Source: Candidatus Poribacteria bacterium | GTDB lineage: Bacteria > Poribacteria > WGA-4E > WGA-3G | NCBI GenBank assembly: GCA_965205015.1 | Contig: OZ242029.1 | Location: 2,336,001 to 2,400,000, forward strand | Direction of reading: 5' to 3' | Length of the DNA stretch: 64,000 bases | Part shown: positions 61,236-64,000 of the stretch, one piece after another | How positions within the stretch are numbered: the stretch's first letter is position 1 | Layout: each line of letters opens with the position of its first letter | Notes under the pieces: generated by a model | Seen by the model: the letters and a program-made list of their open reading frames with translations, nothing else | The model's database searches: none | What the model was told of the DNA's origin: nothing | Translations under genes and position numbers: made by a program

Positions 61236-62069
61236 ATGAAATTGGTTATTGTAATCTTCGCTATTGCCGTATTGGCGATCGGCATTTCAGTTTCTGCGTT
61301 CGCAGACCTAAATGACGGCGTCATTGCTGCCTGGACTTTTGACGATGGCAAGGTAACGGATGCGATAGGAGATGCGCACGGAGAACTCTTTAAGGCGGCT
61401 AAAATTATTAACAAAGGAAAATTCGGCAAGGCATTGGATGTTGATGGAAGTGACGATACGCGTGCGGACATTGAGTTCAACGATGATCTTGAGAAAGCGA
61501 TTGAAGGAGCGCATACCGTTTCTTATTGGCTCTTCGTCCGAAACGGTGCAAATCACTCCGGCGTTTGGAAAGGCGAAAAGGTCGGCTGGGGGGCACACTT
61601 CACCTTTCGTATGGTGACGACCAGTAGTACCGGTCTGACCTGGGGAACAACAAGTGGAGGCACCGAAAATTGGTTCGCCACAGATGGTGCCATTGAAGCC
61701 GATAAGTGGTTCCATCTCTGCCAGACGGTAGATGGTGAGGAGGCAATTGGATACGTAACACCAGAGGGCGGGAAAACCGAAATACCTGTCAGTGGCCAAG
61801 GTAACCCCAAAGCCTCACCGGAACCTTACAACCTTTTTCCAGATCGTCCTTTGGAACTCGGGGCAGGCAGACAGATTGGTGGAAACCAAGGAAACGACAT
61901 GTTCCTTGATGGAATCATCGATGATGTTATCATCTGGGACCGTGCCCTCTCTGAAGATGAAGTCAAGGAACTCGGGAGCGGTAAACGTCCAGAGAAAGCA
62001 CTCGCCGTGAAAGCGGAAGGCAAGTTAGCCACTACCTGGGGAAAGGTTAAATCCTATCACCATCGCTAA
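61236..62069 (+). CDS. Secreted LamG/concanavalin-like domain protein
   Basis: Signal peptide, AAWTFDD, GIIDDVIIWDRALSEDE and tail AVKAEGKLATTWGKVK. Confidence 0.85.
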   Translation: MKLVIVIFAIAVLAIGISVSAFADLNDGVIAAWTFDDGKVTDAIGDAHGELFKAAKIINKGKFGKALDVDGSDDTRADIEFNDDLEKAIEGAHTVSYWLFVRNGANHSGVWKGEKVGWGAHFTFRMVTTSSTGLTWGTTSGGTENWFATDGAIEADKWFHLCQTVDGEEAIGYVTPEGGKTEIPVSGQGNPKASPEPYNLFPDRPLELGAGRQIGGNQGNDMFLDGIIDDVIIWDRALSEDEVKELGSGKRPEKALAVKAEGKLATTWGKVKSYHHR

Positions 62070-62157
62070 GCACGATTAAGAAACTAAAGAATAGCGCGGG
62101 TTTGTGAGATTCTACCGCAAACCCGCTTGATAAGGTTAAAACGATAAGGAGCTTATC

Positions 62158-62997
62158 ATGAAGCAAATTTGTCTGTTTTTCATTTTAGCACTTATAGTAT
62201 TCAGTGCCAATAGTTACGCCGGGCTTGAAGACGGTCTCGTCTCCGCGTGGACCTTTGACGATGGCACGGCAAACGATGCCGTCGGAGATAACGATGGCGA
62301 ATTTGTGAACGGTGCCAGCACCACAGACGGGGAATTTGGCATGGCACTTAACCTTGAAAACCCCGAGAATCCGGCAACGGGTGATAATAGCGGACAGTAT
62401 GTTGAAATCCCGTCGTCGTCAAGTCTTGAAAAAGAGGATGGTGTCTTTTCTGTGTCCTTATGGGTCTACGTCAGACCCGACGGTGGCAGAAACCATGCCG
62501 GGATGTTCTTCAAAGGCGATAAGGTCGGCTGGGGTGACCACTTCATGGTCCGGATGTGCACCACAAGTGACACCAACATGACTTGGGGCAGCTGCTGGGA
62601 AGGTAGTGAAGGTTGGTTCGCTACTGACAACGTTTACGCAGTGGAGGAGTGGGTTCACGTCGCTTACGTTGTTGATGGTTCAGAAGCAACAGCGTACGTT
62701 ACCTCTTCCGTTACCGGTGATACTGCGGTCCCTGCCAGTGGACAGTCCAATCCAAGGTCGATTGAGACTCCGCTACTGACGTTCCCAGAGCGTCCGGTTG
62801 AAATCGGTGTCGGACGGCAAGTCGGCGGCGATGCAGGCAACGACTTCTGGCTTGATGGCATGATTGATGAGGTCTACTTCTGGGAGCGCGCGCTTAGTGA
62901 AGACGAAGTACGTGACCTTGCCGGTGGCGCGACTGTCGTTGCTGTGGAGGCACAAGGTAAACTCGCGACTACATGGGCACAGGTCAAGAAACGCTAA
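62158..62997 (+). CDS. Secreted LamG/concanavalin-like domain protein (paralog)
   Basis: SAWTFDD, GMIDEVYFWERALSEDE and tail AVEAQGKLATTWAQVK. Confidence 0.85.
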   Translation: MKQICLFFILALIVFSANSYAGLEDGLVSAWTFDDGTANDAVGDNDGEFVNGASTTDGEFGMALNLENPENPATGDNSGQYVEIPSSSSLEKEDGVFSVSLWVYVRPDGGRNHAGMFFKGDKVGWGDHFMVRMCTTSDTNMTWGSCWEGSEGWFATDNVYAVEEWVHVAYVVDGSEATAYVTSSVTGDTAVPASGQSNPRSIETPLLTFPERPVEIGVGRQVGGDAGNDFWLDGMIDEVYFWERALSEDEVRDLAGGATVVAVEAQGKLATTWAQVKKR

Positions 62998-63011
62998 GTG
63001 TTATTAACCTG

Positions 63012-63056
63012 AAACAGAAAGGCTCTGGGTTTCATGAATCCAGAGCCTTTCTGTTT
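63012..63056 (+). terminator. Intrinsic terminator (possibly bidirectional)
   Basis: 17-bp stem aaacagaaaggctctgg / ccagagcctttctgttt. Confidence 0.75.
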
Positions 63057-63088
63057 ATCAAATACCGCCATGTCGGAGGGGATACGCA

Positions 63089-63475
63089 ATGAACGGTTAT
63101 TACGGCATTGGAGAGGTTTTCGTTAAAGTCGCCAACCTTGAGCGAGCAGCAGATTTTTACCGAGATCTGCTCGGATTTGAAGTCGTCGAGCGCAACAATC
63201 GCCAACTTTATATCTACTTAGATAATGGGCATCTTGTCCTCAAAGAAACCGGTTCACCAGGGCATGATGCAGGGGGACCCATGCACTTTGCTTTTGTGAC
63301 AAGCACTGATCGAATTAATCAACTCGTCAAACAATTCGCTTCTTTGCCTTATCAGACTCGCGGACCTTTTGATTTTGATGACCCGCGCGGTAAATGTCGG
63401 GCTTTCTTCATCTTTGATCCGGACGGAAACGAAATTGAATTTAATGACCTCTACTGTCCAGAAAATTCGACTTAG
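63089..63475 (+). CDS. VOC/glyoxalase family protein
   Basis: VANLERAADFYRDLLGF, MHFAF and FDPDGNEIEF. Confidence 0.9.
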   Translation: MNGYYGIGEVFVKVANLERAADFYRDLLGFEVVERNNRQLYIYLDNGHLVLKETGSPGHDAGGPMHFAFVTSTDRINQLVKQFASLPYQTRGPFDFDDPRGKCRAFFIFDPDGNEIEFNDLYCPENST

Positions 63476-63508
63476 AGACCATTATCGTATCGTGAGGAAA
63501 ACCTAAAA

Positions 63509-64000
63509 ATGCTAACCCAGTCAGAAATTGATGCCTTCGTTGAAAACGGCTATATCATTCGTAAGGGGGCACTCTCTGAAACCGACATCCGCATCTATCG
63601 GAATGCTATTGATCGGATTCTCCACAAGTGCCGTGTTGAAGGTTTACACGCTGATTACTTGCGCTATATAGATGGCGAACGCGATGATATCTGGGGGGTC
63701 AATAACATTTTTCATCCAAGCATTCGTGAGCAAGCACTCGTTGACGCGCTTGCACACCCCCAGATATTAGATGTCATTGAAGCACTTATCGGACAAAGGT
63801 TAAGGTATTACCTTTGCACGCTCCTCGTCAGCTCCGAACGGAAACCGTATCACATCAACTGGCATCGAGATTCTGCACCCGATGGGGAGGTCCCGCTGGA
63901 AACCCTCCAGAGTCGGCTCAGGAGCCACGTCCAACTCAACGGTGCGCTTTATGACGATGAGACCCTTTACATCGTCCCGGGTAGCCATCGGCGTGAACTC
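63509..64000 (+). CDS. PhyH family dioxygenase (3' end outside the window)
   Basis: Not in the ORF track. MLTQSEIDAFVENGYII...NWHRD...LYIVPGSHRREL is open to the edge. Confidence 0.85.
   Translation, partial: MLTQSEIDAFVENGYIIRKGALSETDIRIYRNAIDRILHKCRVEGLHADYLRYIDGERDDIWGVNNIFHPSIREQALVDALAHPQILDVIEALIGQRLRYYLCTLLVSSERKPYHINWHRDSAPDGEVPLETLQSRLRSHVQLNGALYDDETLYIVPGSHRREL

Noticed and set aside
62096-62126. Hairpin between the two LamG genes as a terminator
   Set aside because: The stem is present but lacks a U-tract, so its function is ambiguous; not listed as a feature.
1-64000. CRISPR array, reverse transcriptase (retron/DGR), or integron attC array
   Set aside because: No regularly spaced direct repeats, no RT motifs and no integron integrase were seen. 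The repeats present are dispersed palindromes.

Overview
Bacterial chromosomal window, probably Candidatus Poribacteria (inferred from LamG proteins with the V-x-A-x-GKLATTW tail, three PhyH dioxygenases, a CRTAC1/TPR pair and dense intergenic palindromic repeats). There are two defence-type islands. Island 1 (1-14.5 kb, minus strand) reads: an antitoxin-like protein fused to an RNA polymerase alpha-CTD domain, a PLD-nuclease/SNF2 helicase, a paralogous antitoxin with a RelE toxin, a large N6-adenine methyltransferase (broken by a C11 tract and two IS insertions), a Sel1-repeat/trypsin protease, and a wHTH-TPR-Schlafen protein running off the left edge. Island 2 (36-47.8 kb) is a type III RM res-mod locus carrying ParA+HEPN, a Zn-ribbon Mrr nuclease, an OLD-like nuclease, a STAS-like protein and an ABC ATPase+nuclease pair; the mod 3' end is duplicated in diverged form in front of the second cargo block. 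Between the islands lie an 11-subunit complex I operon (nuoABCD-HIJKLMN, no nuoEFG here), tRNA-Gln and tRNA-Glu, and a RelE TA locus interrupted by a TnpB-only IS605-family element. The right part holds catabolic enzymes, a second ISAs1 copy and secreted LamG/FG-GAP proteins. The strongest candidate for an undescribed system is the antitoxin-alphaCTD module coupled to the helicase, RelE toxin and methyltransferase. All family assignments come from reading motifs by eye; no searches were run.
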